Shown here piece by piece: positions 50,218 to 59,365 of a stretch of DNA of 64,000 bases. The first letter of the stretch is position 1; the number at the start of each line of letters is the position of its first letter. Both the position numbers and the translations under genes were made by a program. Below the pieces are notes generated by a model. That model did no database searches and was not told where the DNA came from. It saw only the letters and a list, made by a program, of their open reading frames with translations. Source of the DNA: a virus; IMG/VR virus record IMGVR_UViG_3300046777_001387, positions 19,697 through 83,696 of that record, one strand, 5' to 3'.

Positions 50218-50233
50218 GATATGGAGCTAATAT

Positions 50234-51829
50234 ATGGCAGGAATTAATCTTTTTGGCTGGGAACTAGTTCGTAAAAAAGAACTAGAACAACAACAGCCAG
50301 CTATAGCACCACCACAAACGGACGATGGCGCATTGACCATCAGTTCGTCTAGTTTAGGTGGTTACTATGGCACATACTTAAATCTTGAGTCGGCTTTCAA
50401 GAACGAGAATGAGCTCATTTCTCGTTATCGTACCATGGCAATGCAGCCAGAAGTCGAACAAGCTGTCGATGAGATTGTGAATGAAGCTATCGTTCATGAT
50501 GAACAGGGTAAGACTGTTTCAATCATCCTAGACGATCTGCCTCAGCCGGATAATATCAAGAATATGATCCGTAATGAGTTTGATGCAGTTTTGCGTCTAC
50601 TAGATTTTTCCAACTCTGGCGCGGATATCTTCCGTCGCTGGTATGTCGACGGTCGTATCTTTTATCAGGTACAGGTTGACGAAAAGAATCCAAAGCTTGG
50701 CATCAAGGGTCTTGTATACCTAGATCCAAGAAAGACTCGTAAGGTTCGTTCGGTCGTTAGAGAAAAAGACCCACGTACTGGAGTCGAAGTTGTAAAGGGA
50801 CAGCAAGAGTTCTACGTTTACAACGATAAGGCACTATCTCAGGGCAATATGGTTATGTCCAGCCCAGTGGATAATGCGCTAAAGATTTCAACCGACGCTG
50901 TAGTCAATATCAACTCTGGACTGATGGACGTTTCCAGAAACATGGTATTGTCATATCTACACAAGGCAATCAAACCTATTAACCAGCTGCGTATGATTGA
51001 AGACGCAATTGTTGTTTATCGTTTGTCTCGTGCGCCAGAGCGTCGTGTGTTCTATATTGACGTAGGTAATCTGCCTAAGATGAAGGCTGATCAGTACCTG
51101 CGCGATATTATGACCAAGTTCCGTAACAAGATTGTATACGACGCGAGCACTGGTGAAGTGCGTGATGATCGTCGCTTTATGTCGATGATTGAAGACTTCT
51201 GGATCCCTCGTCGCGGCGAAGGTAAGTCTACGGAGATCACCACGCTACCTGCGGGTCAGAATCTTGGTGAGCTAACTGACGTCAAGTATTTCGAGCAGAA
51301 GCTTTATAAGTCACTCAACGTACCTATTTCAAGACTCGAGTCCCAACAGGGATTCAGCCTTGGACGCACTACTGAGATTACAAGAGACGAACTGAAGTTC
51401 AGTAAGTTTGTCGAGCGTCTGCGTAACAAGTTCAGCACTATCTTTGATGAGCTAATGAAGCGTCAGCTGGCACTCAAGGGTATTGCTTCGGCTGAAGAAT
51501 GGGACGAGATCAAAGAATTCATTCACTATGACTTCCTTGAAGATAACAACTTTGCAGAGCTAAAGGACGCAGAGCTAATGACTTCTCGCGTTCAGCTGCT
51601 CAACCAAGTTGCTCCTTATATCGGTCAATACTACTCCATGAACTGGGTGCGCAAGAATGTTCTTCACTTGACCGAAGAAGAAATCGAAGAGATGCAGGCA
51701 GAGATCGAAGAAGAGCAGGAGATGATGTTGCGTATCGCACAGAATCAAGTCGCTCAGCAAATCATGCAGCAATCTGGAACACCAGCAATAAATACACCTA
51801 ACCAAGCACCATCGGGTGGAGAAAAATAA
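50234..51829 (+). CDS. gp20: Portal vertex protein gp20
   Basis: 'FRRWYVDGR', 'SYLHKAIKP.NQLRMIEDA.V.YR..RAPERR.FYIDVGNLP' and 'EDFW.PRRG'. Confidence 0.98.
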   Translation: MAGINLFGWELVRKKELEQQQPAIAPPQTDDGALTISSSSLGGYYGTYLNLESAFKNENELISRYRTMAMQPEVEQAVDEIVNEAIVHDEQGKTVSIILDDLPQPDNIKNMIRNEFDAVLRLLDFSNSGADIFRRWYVDGRIFYQVQVDEKNPKLGIKGLVYLDPRKTRKVRSVVREKDPRTGVEVVKGQQEFYVYNDKALSQGNMVMSSPVDNALKISTDAVVNINSGLMDVSRNMVLSYLHKAIKPINQLRMIEDAIVVYRLSRAPERRVFYIDVGNLPKMKADQYLRDIMTKFRNKIVYDASTGEVRDDRRFMSMIEDFWIPRRGEGKSTEITTLPAGQNLGELTDVKYFEQKLYKSLNVPISRLESQQGFSLGRTTEITRDELKFSKFVERLRNKFSTIFDELMKRQLALKGIASAEEWDEIKEFIHYDFLEDNNFAELKDAELMTSRVQLLNQVAPYIGQYYSMNWVRKNVLHLTEEEIEEMQAEIEEEQEMMLRIAQNQVAQQIMQQSGTPAINTPNQAPSGGEK

Positions 51830-52732
51830 ATGGAAAATCTAGTAGAGTCTATTGTACTACAAGAAGAAGAGGCTGCTGATATTTTTGCTGCGGCTATTTC
51901 CCAAAAAGTTGCCGAGGCGCTTGAGGCTCGCAAGGCTGAGATTGCTTCGAATCTTTTTGGTGAGAAAGCAGAGCAGGTTGATGAAGCTATCAAGGGAATG
52001 TCTGCAAAGCCTGCAGCTGCTTCCAAAGCAGAAGCTCACCCATCACTACAGCGTGCAATCAATCATGCGGTAAAGAACGGATATAAGGCAACGCTTACCA
52101 ATAAGGGTAACGATGTGCTGCTTCACCATGAAAAGTCTGGTCATAAGATTGAAGCCAGTTACAATTCCAGAAGCAACATGGTAAATTTCAGCGATCACGA
52201 CAGTGGCATTTCTGGCAACGATGACGCTGACGATTTTAATCATACGGTTAAGAGCGCGGTTGCAAATAACAAGAAAAACAATAAGAGAGCTTTTGCTGAA
52301 GATGTTGAGCCGGTCGATGAGGCAATGCGTCGTGGATTTGATTGGCAGAAAGCTGCTAAAAATTCCAAAGAAATGGAAGACAAGGGTTATGAGCGCGACG
52401 GACCATACAGCTGGAAAAAGAAGGGTTCGAAGACAGAATCAGATCCTAAAGCAAAGAAAATCCCAGTTGATGAAAGAGCCGAAACCGTATCGGAGAATGA
52501 GGCTTCTCAGCAGCTAGCCATGCACAGAACCAACCTAACTAAGATGGGTGTTGCTTCTGGCGATAAGTCGAAGGTTCTTTCGGCGATCAAGAGCCACCTA
52601 GCTGGTCGTAAACTAAACACAACCCAGAGCGCAGATCTCCTAGGATATCTGAGCCAAGCTGGTGGTCTAAACAACGTCAGTGCTTCTGTTCGTAACAAGG
52701 CACTAACTGCTGCTAAGAAAGATGAAGTTTAA
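51830..52732 (+). CDS. gp67-like prohead core protein with a long C-terminal extension
   Basis: The first ~45 aa ('FAAAISQKVAEALEARKAEIASNLF') match the gp67 pattern and position; 300 aa total. Confidence 0.7.
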   Translation: MENLVESIVLQEEEAADIFAAAISQKVAEALEARKAEIASNLFGEKAEQVDEAIKGMSAKPAAASKAEAHPSLQRAINHAVKNGYKATLTNKGNDVLLHHEKSGHKIEASYNSRSNMVNFSDHDSGISGNDDADDFNHTVKSAVANNKKNNKRAFAEDVEPVDEAMRRGFDWQKAAKNSKEMEDKGYERDGPYSWKKKGSKTESDPKAKKIPVDERAETVSENEASQQLAMHRTNLTKMGVASGDKSKVLSAIKSHLAGRKLNTTQSADLLGYLSQAGGLNNVSASVRNKALTAAKKDEV

Positions 52733-52937
52733 GCAACTAAGAGAATCAATCAAGGGGGATGAGATGAATCCTCCCCCTATGCTTGTACTGCGCCGTCGTG
52801 GGTATAGATTGTTCCCAGACGGTCGCAGAGTTGCATTATACACAAACGATCAATACAAGCTTGTCTTTACCATTCCATACGAAGATAAAAACAAGAAAAC
52901 AGACTACACCACCATCAATAGCGTTAACCCATACTAG
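52722..52937 (+). CDS. Small hypothetical, probable internal head protein
   Basis: 'MKFKQLRE' N-terminus resembles T4 capsid-targeting sequences; core 'PP.LVLRR...R.FPDG.RVALY'. Confidence 0.7.
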   Translation: MKFKQLRESIKGDEMNPPPMLVLRRRGYRLFPDGRRVALYTNDQYKLVFTIPYEDKNKKTDYTTINSVNPY

Positions 52938-52947
52938 AGTCTAAATA

Positions 52948-53274
52948 ATGAATGACATTAAGTTAGCATTAAACGCTATTCTTTCAGAGAAGCTAGACTT
53001 CCTGAAAATGCACCTAGCATCAAACCTTGACGAAGCAAGAGTCAAGATTGTAAAGGCGAGAGTGCGTGGTGGCAAGATTCAGCGCCGCAAAAAGGTTTCT
53101 AACGTCAAGGGTTACACTTTGCGCGGCGGTAAACTTACTAGAATGTCCTCCAGCGAAAAGCTGAAGAGAAAAATGGGCGCGAGAAAAGCCAAGATCAAGC
53201 GTAAAGCAAAGATGGCACGCGCCCTAATTAAACGTAAAAGATCGCTTCGTAAAAGAGCATCACTAGGATTGTAA
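52948..53274 (+). CDS. gp68: Prohead core protein gp68-like
   Basis: Highly basic C-terminus ending 'KRKRSLRKRASLGL'; immediately before gp21. Confidence 0.8.
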   Translation: MNDIKLALNAILSEKLDFLKMHLASNLDEARVKIVKARVRGGKIQRRKKVSNVKGYTLRGGKLTRMSSSEKLKRKMGARKAKIKRKAKMARALIKRKRSLRKRASLGL

Positions 53275-53276
53275 AG

Positions 53277-53930
53277 ATGAAGTTAATCTCAGAGACAGTA
53301 GAAGAAGTAAAATACATCACTGAAGAAAAGAACGGAGTCAAGTCCCTGTATATTCAGGGTCCGTTCCTAGTTGCGGAAACGCAAAACAAGAACAAGCGTA
53401 TGTACCGCACTGAAACTCTCGCAAGAGAAGTCAAGCGTTACAACGAAGAATACATTAAGAACAATCGTGCTTTCGGTGAGCTAGGTCACCCAGAGAATCC
53501 TTCGATTAATCTGGATCGTGTTTCTCACCTAATCACCAGCCTCAAGCAGGAAGGTTCTGTTTGGGTTGGCAAAGCAAAGATTCTTGAAACTCCTATGGGC
53601 AAAATCGCCAAGTCCTTAATGGAAGGCGGTGCTTCGCTAGGTGTTTCATCAAGAGGCATGGGTTCGCTCAAAGAAGTAAACGGAGTGAACGTTGTGCAAG
53701 ATGACTATTATCTAGCTACAGCGGCAGATATCGTGGCTGATCCTTCGGCTCCCGGTGCCTTTGTACAAGGCATTATGGAAGGCAAAGAGTGGGTATGGGA
53801 CAATGGCGTAGTTAAAGAGATGAACATTGTTGAATACTACGATGATATCAAGAAGGCAAAAGCCAAGCAACTCGAAGACATCTCACTGAAGATCTTCGAG
53901 AACTTTTTGAATAAAATTTCAAAATCATAA
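53277..53930 (+). CDS. gp21: Prohead protease gp21
   Basis: 'LYIQG.F..AE..NKN.R.Y', 'A.GELGHP', 'GVSSRGMGS' and 'DIVADPSAP.A'. Confidence 0.97.
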   Translation: MKLISETVEEVKYITEEKNGVKSLYIQGPFLVAETQNKNKRMYRTETLAREVKRYNEEYIKNNRAFGELGHPENPSINLDRVSHLITSLKQEGSVWVGKAKILETPMGKIAKSLMEGGASLGVSSRGMGSLKEVNGVNVVQDDYYLATAADIVADPSAPGAFVQGIMEGKEWVWDNGVVKEMNIVEYYDDIKKAKAKQLEDISLKIFENFLNKISKS

Positions 53931-53934
53931 TTTG

Positions 53935-53942
53935 TATAAATA
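53935..53942 (+). promoter_or_regulatory. T4-type late promoter upstream of gp22-gp23
   Basis: Exact TATAAATA, intergenic; AGGAG RBS follows. Confidence 0.88.
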
Positions 53943-53967
53943 AGATTACCGTTTATAGGAGTTTAAA

Positions 53968-55146
53968 ATGAGCAAGTCATTACTAGAATCTGCTGCTGAC
54001 ATTCTGAATGTATCAGTAAATGGCGCAGGCAAAGATCCTATGCAGAAAGGTGCAGAAGCACAGGAAGTTGGCGGCGAGACCCCAACTGAATCTGACCTAG
54101 AGAATCTTGGCGCAAAGGCAGCAGCCCCTGTAAAGAAGGCAGCTGAACCAACGACTCAAGGCGACGCAAAGTCAGCCAAGGTTCAGGCTATGGAAGAAAC
54201 CGAAGCTGATGCTGAAGAAGTCATCGCTGAGGAAGAGGAAGTTGAGCTCACCGAAGAAGAAATCGATGAGTATCTAAACTCGCTTTCAGAAGAAGAACTA
54301 GCTGATCTAGTTGCTGAAGCCACAGCTGAAGATGAGTCAGAAGAAATCGCTGAGGAAGCAGAACTTTCTGAAGAAGAAATTGCTGAGGCACGTAAGGCAG
54401 CAATCAAGGACATGGTCCAGAAGAACATGAGTTCTTGCAAGGAAGATGTCGATGCGCTGTTCAACGGCGAGTCGCTATCAGAAGAGTTCCGCACTAAGGC
54501 AACCACCATTTTCGAAGCAGCTGTTCGCGCTCGCGTTGAGGCAGTTGTTGAGGAAGTCGTTGCTGAGAATGAGCAGGCACTAGTTGAGTCGTACAATGAC
54601 CTAGAGGCAGAAATGACCGCTAAGGTTGATGAGTACCTGAACTATGTCGTAGAGAATTGGATGGAAGAGAATCAGCTAGCAGTTGAAACCGGCTTGCGCG
54701 GTGAACTGGCTGAGGATTTCATCTCCGGACTGAAGAACCTTTTCGCTGAGCACTACATCAATATCCCAGAAGAAAAGGCTGACGTCCTAGAGGGAATGGC
54801 TGCTGCTGTAACCGAAGCTGAAGAAAAGCTGGCTGAGCAGGCTGCTATCCTAGAGAATACAGTCAAGGCACTACACGAAGCCAAGGCTAAAGAAATTCTT
54901 CGCAATGTCTGTGAAGGTCTAACCGAAGTACAGTCGTCGAAGATTAAAGCACTCGCAGAGGGTGTGGAGTTCACCTCAGAGGGTGAGTATACAGAGAAGC
55001 TCGCAGTGATTCGCGAGAGCTACTTCCCATCGAAGACCTCGAAGGGACAGGCTCCTCAGACCGTAGTTGAGACATCTGAGCAGCCAGTAGTGAATGATAC
55101 CATGTCTCACTATGTTAAGGCAATTACCAAACAACTTCCAAGATAA
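53968..55146 (+). CDS. gp22: Prohead scaffold/core protein gp22
   Basis: Very acidic; 'LSEEF..KA.TIFEAAV', 'VDEYLNYVVE.W..EN..A' and 'GLKNLF.EHY'. Confidence 0.95.
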   Translation: MSKSLLESAADILNVSVNGAGKDPMQKGAEAQEVGGETPTESDLENLGAKAAAPVKKAAEPTTQGDAKSAKVQAMEETEADAEEVIAEEEEVELTEEEIDEYLNSLSEEELADLVAEATAEDESEEIAEEAELSEEEIAEARKAAIKDMVQKNMSSCKEDVDALFNGESLSEEFRTKATTIFEAAVRARVEAVVEEVVAENEQALVESYNDLEAEMTAKVDEYLNYVVENWMEENQLAVETGLRGELAEDFISGLKNLFAEHYINIPEEKADVLEGMAAAVTEAEEKLAEQAAILENTVKALHEAKAKEILRNVCEGLTEVQSSKIKALAEGVEFTSEGEYTEKLAVIRESYFPSKTSKGQAPQTVVETSEQPVVNDTMSHYVKAITKQLPR

Positions 55147-55180
55147 TTGGAATACATTTAAAAACGGAGATTAACCAAAA

Positions 55181-56542
55181 ATGTATCTATCAGAAACTCA
55201 CGCAAACAAGTGGGCACCTGTACTTGACCACCCAGAACTCCCAAAGATCAGCGACAACTACAAGCGCGCTGTAACTGCACTCGTTCTGGAGAATCAGGAA
55301 AGAGCCCTAAGAGAAGAAGCTTCGGCTTACGGTAACATGTTCGAGGCTGTGCCAAATGCAGTCGGTTCGGGCATGTCGCCAATCAGCGGCGAAGGCAACA
55401 TCAAGGGCTTCGACCCAATCCTAATCGGACTGGTTCGTCGCGCTCTGCCAAACCTAATGGCATATGACGTCTGCGGCGTTCAGCCAATGACTGGTCCTAC
55501 CGGACTGATTTTCGCAATGCGCGCCAAGTACGCAAACACTGCAAACGGCAACCTGACTTCGGTTGAGGCTCTGTACAACGAAGCCGACACCGACTTCTCG
55601 GGTGGTCCTACTCAGGCAACCCACGACAACAACACTGGTTTCGACAAGACTGACGCTGCTGCCCAGCAGTTCGGTACTGCCAACACCGGTACTGGTGTCT
55701 CGACTGCAACTGCTGAAGATTTCGGTGGTGCAACAACCCTACAGTCAATGGGCTTCTCGATCGAGCGCGTCTCGGTTGTTGCTAAGTCGCGTGCACTGAA
55801 GGCTGAGTACACCCTCGAGCTAGCACAGGACCTGAAGGCAATTCACGGTCTGGACGCAGAGGCTGAGCTGTCGAACATTCTTTCGACAGAAATTCTGGCT
55901 GAAATCAACCGCGAAGTTGTTCGTACAATCTACGCTGTTGCTAACGTCGGTTACACCGGTCTGACCACAAACACCTTCAACCTGAACTCGACCTCGGACA
56001 CCTCGGGTCGTTGGGCTGTTGAGAAGTTCAAGGGTCTTCTGTTCGCAATCGAGCGCGCAAGCAACAAGATTGCTAAGGACACCCGCCGTGGCAAGGGTAA
56101 CATGCTGATCGTTTCGACCGACGTTGCTTCGGCACTGTCGATGACCGGTCTGCTAGATTACAACTCGGCTCTGTCAAACAACACCAACCTAGCTGTTGAC
56201 GACACTGGCAATACCTTCGCTGGTACCCTGTTCGGTCGCATCAAGGTCTACGTTGATCCATACTCGGTAACGGGTCAGGATTACGTCGTTGTTGGCTACA
56301 AGGGTGCAACCCCTTACGATGCCGGCTTGTTCTACTGCCCATACGTTCCTCTGCAGATGGTTCGCGCCATTAACCCAGACACGTTCCAGCCTAAGATTGG
56401 CTTCAAGACCCGTTACGGTCTAGTTGCTAACCCATTCGCTGATTCGTCGCAGGGTGCAAACGGCGGTGCACTTGCTGGTGCGCTGACCAATGGAACCAAC
56501 ACCTACTATCGTCGCTTCCGCGTCACCAACCTAGTTGGTTAA
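55181..56542 (+). CDS. gp23: Major capsid protein gp23
   Basis: 'LVRRA.PNL.AYD.CGVQPMTGPTG.IFAMR', 'SRALKAEYT.ELAQDLKA.HGLDAE.EL' and 'FQPKIGFKTRYG'. Confidence 0.99.
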   Translation: MYLSETHANKWAPVLDHPELPKISDNYKRAVTALVLENQERALREEASAYGNMFEAVPNAVGSGMSPISGEGNIKGFDPILIGLVRRALPNLMAYDVCGVQPMTGPTGLIFAMRAKYANTANGNLTSVEALYNEADTDFSGGPTQATHDNNTGFDKTDAAAQQFGTANTGTGVSTATAEDFGGATTLQSMGFSIERVSVVAKSRALKAEYTLELAQDLKAIHGLDAEAELSNILSTEILAEINREVVRTIYAVANVGYTGLTTNTFNLNSTSDTSGRWAVEKFKGLLFAIERASNKIAKDTRRGKGNMLIVSTDVASALSMTGLLDYNSALSNNTNLAVDDTGNTFAGTLFGRIKVYVDPYSVTGQDYVVVGYKGATPYDAGLFYCPYVPLQMVRAINPDTFQPKIGFKTRYGLVANPFADSSQGANGGALAGALTNGTNTYYRRFRVTNLVG

Positions 56543-56585
56543 TAGTCGGTAAATTATAATAATAATATCCCTTCCGGGAACCCTT

Positions 56586-56612
56586 GGGGGCTGGGCAACC
56601 AGCCCCCTTTTT
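56586..56612 (+). terminator. Rho-independent terminator after gp23
   Basis: GGGGGCTGG-GCAA-CCAGCCCCC stem with a GNRA loop, followed by TTTTT. Confidence 0.92.
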
Positions 56613-56619
56613 ATTGCGC

Positions 56620-56627
56620 GCTAAATA
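56620..56627 (+). promoter_or_regulatory. Late promoter variant (GCTAAATA) upstream of gp3
   Basis: Immediately after the gp23 terminator, so gp3 needs its own promoter here. Confidence 0.7.
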
Positions 56628-56650
56628 CTAGTGGTCATTGAGGTGTCGGA

Positions 56651-57193
56651 ATGAGCGCCATTACTCGAAATCCTACAAATAAAGACATACTGCAATCAAC
56701 GAAGTTTAAGCTAAACTTTGCTCGAATTCCAGCAACGACATACTTCTGTCAATCAGCGTCACTACCAGGATTATCACTAACCGAAGTCCCGCGCAACACT
56801 CCATTTATCGACCTGTACGTTCCCGGCGAAAAGCTACTGTACGATACACTTAATATTACATTTCTAGTAGACGAAGACCTAGTGGGCTGGCAAGAAATCC
56901 ATGATTGGATTCGCGCTATGACCTTTCCATATGACTTTGAAGAATACGTTAACCTTAAAAACCTATCCAGCGTTGCACAATCAAGAAGCATCAATAGATT
57001 ACCTCCTCAATATTCCGATGCCTCAATGACCATTTACACTAACAAAAATAACCCAAACATTCGCGTACAGTTTAAAGACCTGTTCCCAATTTCACTTGGT
57101 GGGTTGGTTTTCAACTCGTCCGACAGCGCAGAAAACATTATCACATCAGACGTAACCTTTAGGTTCTCGTACTACAATATCGAAAGACTTTGA
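56651..57193 (+). CDS. gp3: Tail completion/tube terminator gp3
   Basis: 'YFCQSA.LPG.SL', 'PGEKL.Y..L.I.FLVDEDL..W.EI..W' and 'F.DLFP.SL'. Confidence 0.92.
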   Translation: MSAITRNPTNKDILQSTKFKLNFARIPATTYFCQSASLPGLSLTEVPRNTPFIDLYVPGEKLLYDTLNITFLVDEDLVGWQEIHDWIRAMTFPYDFEEYVNLKNLSSVAQSRSINRLPPQYSDASMTIYTNKNNPNIRVQFKDLFPISLGGLVFNSSDSAENIITSDVTFRFSYYNIERL

Positions 57194-57218
57194 TTTTATA
57201 AGCATTTTCTGTTATACT
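57190..57218 (+). promoter_or_regulatory. Sigma70-type promoter for uvsY-uvsW
   Basis: TTGATT (57190-95), 17-nt spacer ending TGT, then TATACT (57213-18); extended -10. Confidence 0.75.
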
Positions 57219-57248
57219 ATGTGGGTGTTTAACTACTGACTTTACACT

Positions 57249-57701
57249 ATGAGCAAACTAATTGCACCTTCTCTTGAAAGTCTTATCGAGTCTTGGACCA
57301 AGGACTCATCTATTGATTCCACTGAGCCGGGAAAAGAAATCCTGCGCACTCCTATTCTGCATAACAAGTATAACAAGTTTCTTTCGCTGCATAACCTAGC
57401 GGCTAAGAAGGCTGCACTTGAATATGCCAAGATGCGCAAGGTTAAGTGGGCATACTATACCGGAAAGCTTTCTAACGAAGAACTGAAGAAGTACAACTGG
57501 GAACCTTTCCAGTTCGTTCTTAAGTCTGACATCAGCGTATACATAGATGGTGACGACGATCTGGCGATGCTACAGAAGAAGAAAGCTTACCACGAGGAAG
57601 CCGCTAGCTTTTGTATCAACGTGATGAAAGAACTCAACTCTCGCACATATCAGCTTAAAGCATTCATGGATTGGGAGCGTTTCATTAATGGGCAACACTA
57701 A
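57249..57701 (+). CDS. uvsY: Recombination mediator UvsY
   Basis: 'W.KDS.ID...E....P.LH.KY', 'YY.GK' and 'K....YI..D.D'; synteny gp3-uvsY-uvsW. Confidence 0.9.
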   Translation: MSKLIAPSLESLIESWTKDSSIDSTEPGKEILRTPILHNKYNKFLSLHNLAAKKAALEYAKMRKVKWAYYTGKLSNEELKKYNWEPFQFVLKSDISVYIDGDDDLAMLQKKKAYHEEAASFCINVMKELNSRTYQLKAFMDWERFINGQH

Positions 57702-57924
57702 CGAACAGCAAAGCGGCACATATATAATTCCAGAGGGAACTTGGATTGGTGGCAGTTTATCTGCCAACATCGAACCATCCAACATCTACTCGCACTATGC
57801 CGGTAAGTACTGCCTGCGTAACTCATGCTATTACTGCATCTTCCTAACAGAAAAGCCTAACTGGTTGCGTCGTGCGATGATGCTCTGGTTGTTTGGCTTT
57901 GAGTGGCAAGACCTAAATGGCTGA
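57688..57924 (+). CDS. Small hypothetical protein between uvsY and uvsW
   Basis: Overlaps both neighbours; C-terminal 'KPNWLRRAMMLWLFGFEWQD'. Confidence 0.7.
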   Translation: MGNTNEQQSGTYIIPEGTWIGGSLSANIEPSNIYSHYAGKYCLRNSCYYCIFLTEKPNWLRRAMMLWLFGFEWQDLNG

Positions 57925-59365
57925 TGTTGTTGTCGAACACTTCGACAACTCTTATGCCAAGGTTATCTGCGAACCCTCGATAGCCCAAGAGCTCTCCGAC
58001 TTCTTTACCTTTGAAGTTCCCGGAGCACAGTATTCACCCCAGTACCGTAGCAAGTACTGGGATGGAAAGATTCGCCTGTTCAATACCAAGACAGCTGTTC
58101 TGTACTCTGGTCTAGTCAACCATATCGCAGAATTCTGTAAGCTGAGCGACTACTCGTTCAAAAACAACTCTCAGTATTTTGGTACTGATATTGTTTCACC
58201 AGATTTCATCAAGACTCTTGGTCTTAAGATTGAACCCAGAGACTATCAGAAGCTAGCGTTCTCCTACGCAGTTTCCAAGAAGCGCACCGTTATTGTTTCA
58301 CCTACTGCTAGTGGTAAGTCGCTTATCATCTATACCATTGCGCGATACATGCAAAGCATCGGTAAGAAAAGAGGCTTGCTGATTGTACCAACTGTTTCTC
58401 TTGTAGAGCAGATGTATAGTGACTTTGCTTCGTATGGTTGGGACGTAGAAACTAACTGCCAGAAAATCTATCAAGGTATGGAGAAGGCACCTAATCAGCC
58501 TCTGGTCATTTCAACTTGGCAGTCTATCTTTGATATGCCCAAGAAATACTTTAGCCAGTTTGACTATGTAATCGGTGACGAGGCGCATACGTTCAAGGCA
58601 AAGTCTCTAATCTCTATCATGTCTAAGCTGATCAACTGCGACTATAGAATCGGCACTACCGGTACGCTAGATGGTACTAAGGTTAACAAGCTTGTGTTGG
58701 AAGGATTGTTTGGTCCTGCCAAGAAGATTGTTTCCACAAAAGAGCTCATTGACCAGAAGCACCTAGCAAAGTTTAGAATCGAATGCTTGGTGCTCAAGCA
58801 CCCTGAAGCTGTTTGTAAGGAACTCAAGGGTAGAACGTACCAAGATGAGATTGCCTATCTTATCGGAAGCGAACCTCGCAACAACTTCATCAAGAACCTT
58901 GCGATAAACCTTAATGGTAATACACTGATTCTTTATACCTATGTCGAAAAGCATGGTAAGATATTATTTGAAATGATTAAGAATTCGTGTTATAATAGAA
59001 AGGTGTTTTTCGTATCGGGTGAGACAGATGTGCTTGACAGAGAACAAGTGCGTCATATCACTGAGAAGGAAAACGACGCGATCATCGTAGCTTCATACGG
59101 GACGTTCTCTACCGGGATCAATATCCGTAACCTACATAATATTATATTCGCATCCCCCACAAAGAGTCGTATCAGAAGTTTGCAGTCTATCGGTAGAGGG
59201 TTGCGTCTAGGTGATAACAAAGAGGAAGCTGTTCTTTACGATATCGCTGACGACTTACGATACAAGACATACACAAACTTTACTCTGAACCACTATGAAG
59301 AAAGAGTAAAGATGTATAGCGAAGAAAGGTTTCCGTTCAAGACTCGTAACATAGGATTAAAATAA
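57917..59365 (+). CDS. uvsW: SF2 helicase UvsW
   Basis: 'WDGKIRLF', 'PRDYQ', 'SPTASGKS', 'GDEAH', 'GTTGTL' and 'QSIGRGLR'. Confidence 0.97.
   Translation: MADVVVEHFDNSYAKVICEPSIAQELSDFFTFEVPGAQYSPQYRSKYWDGKIRLFNTKTAVLYSGLVNHIAEFCKLSDYSFKNNSQYFGTDIVSPDFIKTLGLKIEPRDYQKLAFSYAVSKKRTVIVSPTASGKSLIIYTIARYMQSIGKKRGLLIVPTVSLVEQMYSDFASYGWDVETNCQKIYQGMEKAPNQPLVISTWQSIFDMPKKYFSQFDYVIGDEAHTFKAKSLISIMSKLINCDYRIGTTGTLDGTKVNKLVLEGLFGPAKKIVSTKELIDQKHLAKFRIECLVLKHPEAVCKELKGRTYQDEIAYLIGSEPRNNFIKNLAINLNGNTLILYTYVEKHGKILFEMIKNSCYNRKVFFVSGETDVLDREQVRHITEKENDAIIVASYGTFSTGINIRNLHNIIFASPTKSRIRSLQSIGRGLRLGDNKEEAVLYDIADDLRYKTYTNFTLNHYEERVKMYSEERFPFKTRNIGLK
58968..58996 (+). promoter_or_regulatory. Sigma70-type promoter internal to uvsW, reading toward gp55
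   Basis: TTGAAA (58968-73), 17-nt spacer ending TGT, then TATAAT (58991-96). Confidence 0.7.

Noticed and set aside
52753-52776. GGGGGA...TCCCCC inverted repeat inside ORF 52722
   Set aside because: Short stem with no U-tract, explained by Gly-Asp and Pro-Pro codons.
56543-56650. Absence of a gp24 vertex gene after gp23 as a novelty
   Set aside because: The gp23-gp3-uvsY-uvsW order without gp24 is usual in cyanophage-like T4 relatives.
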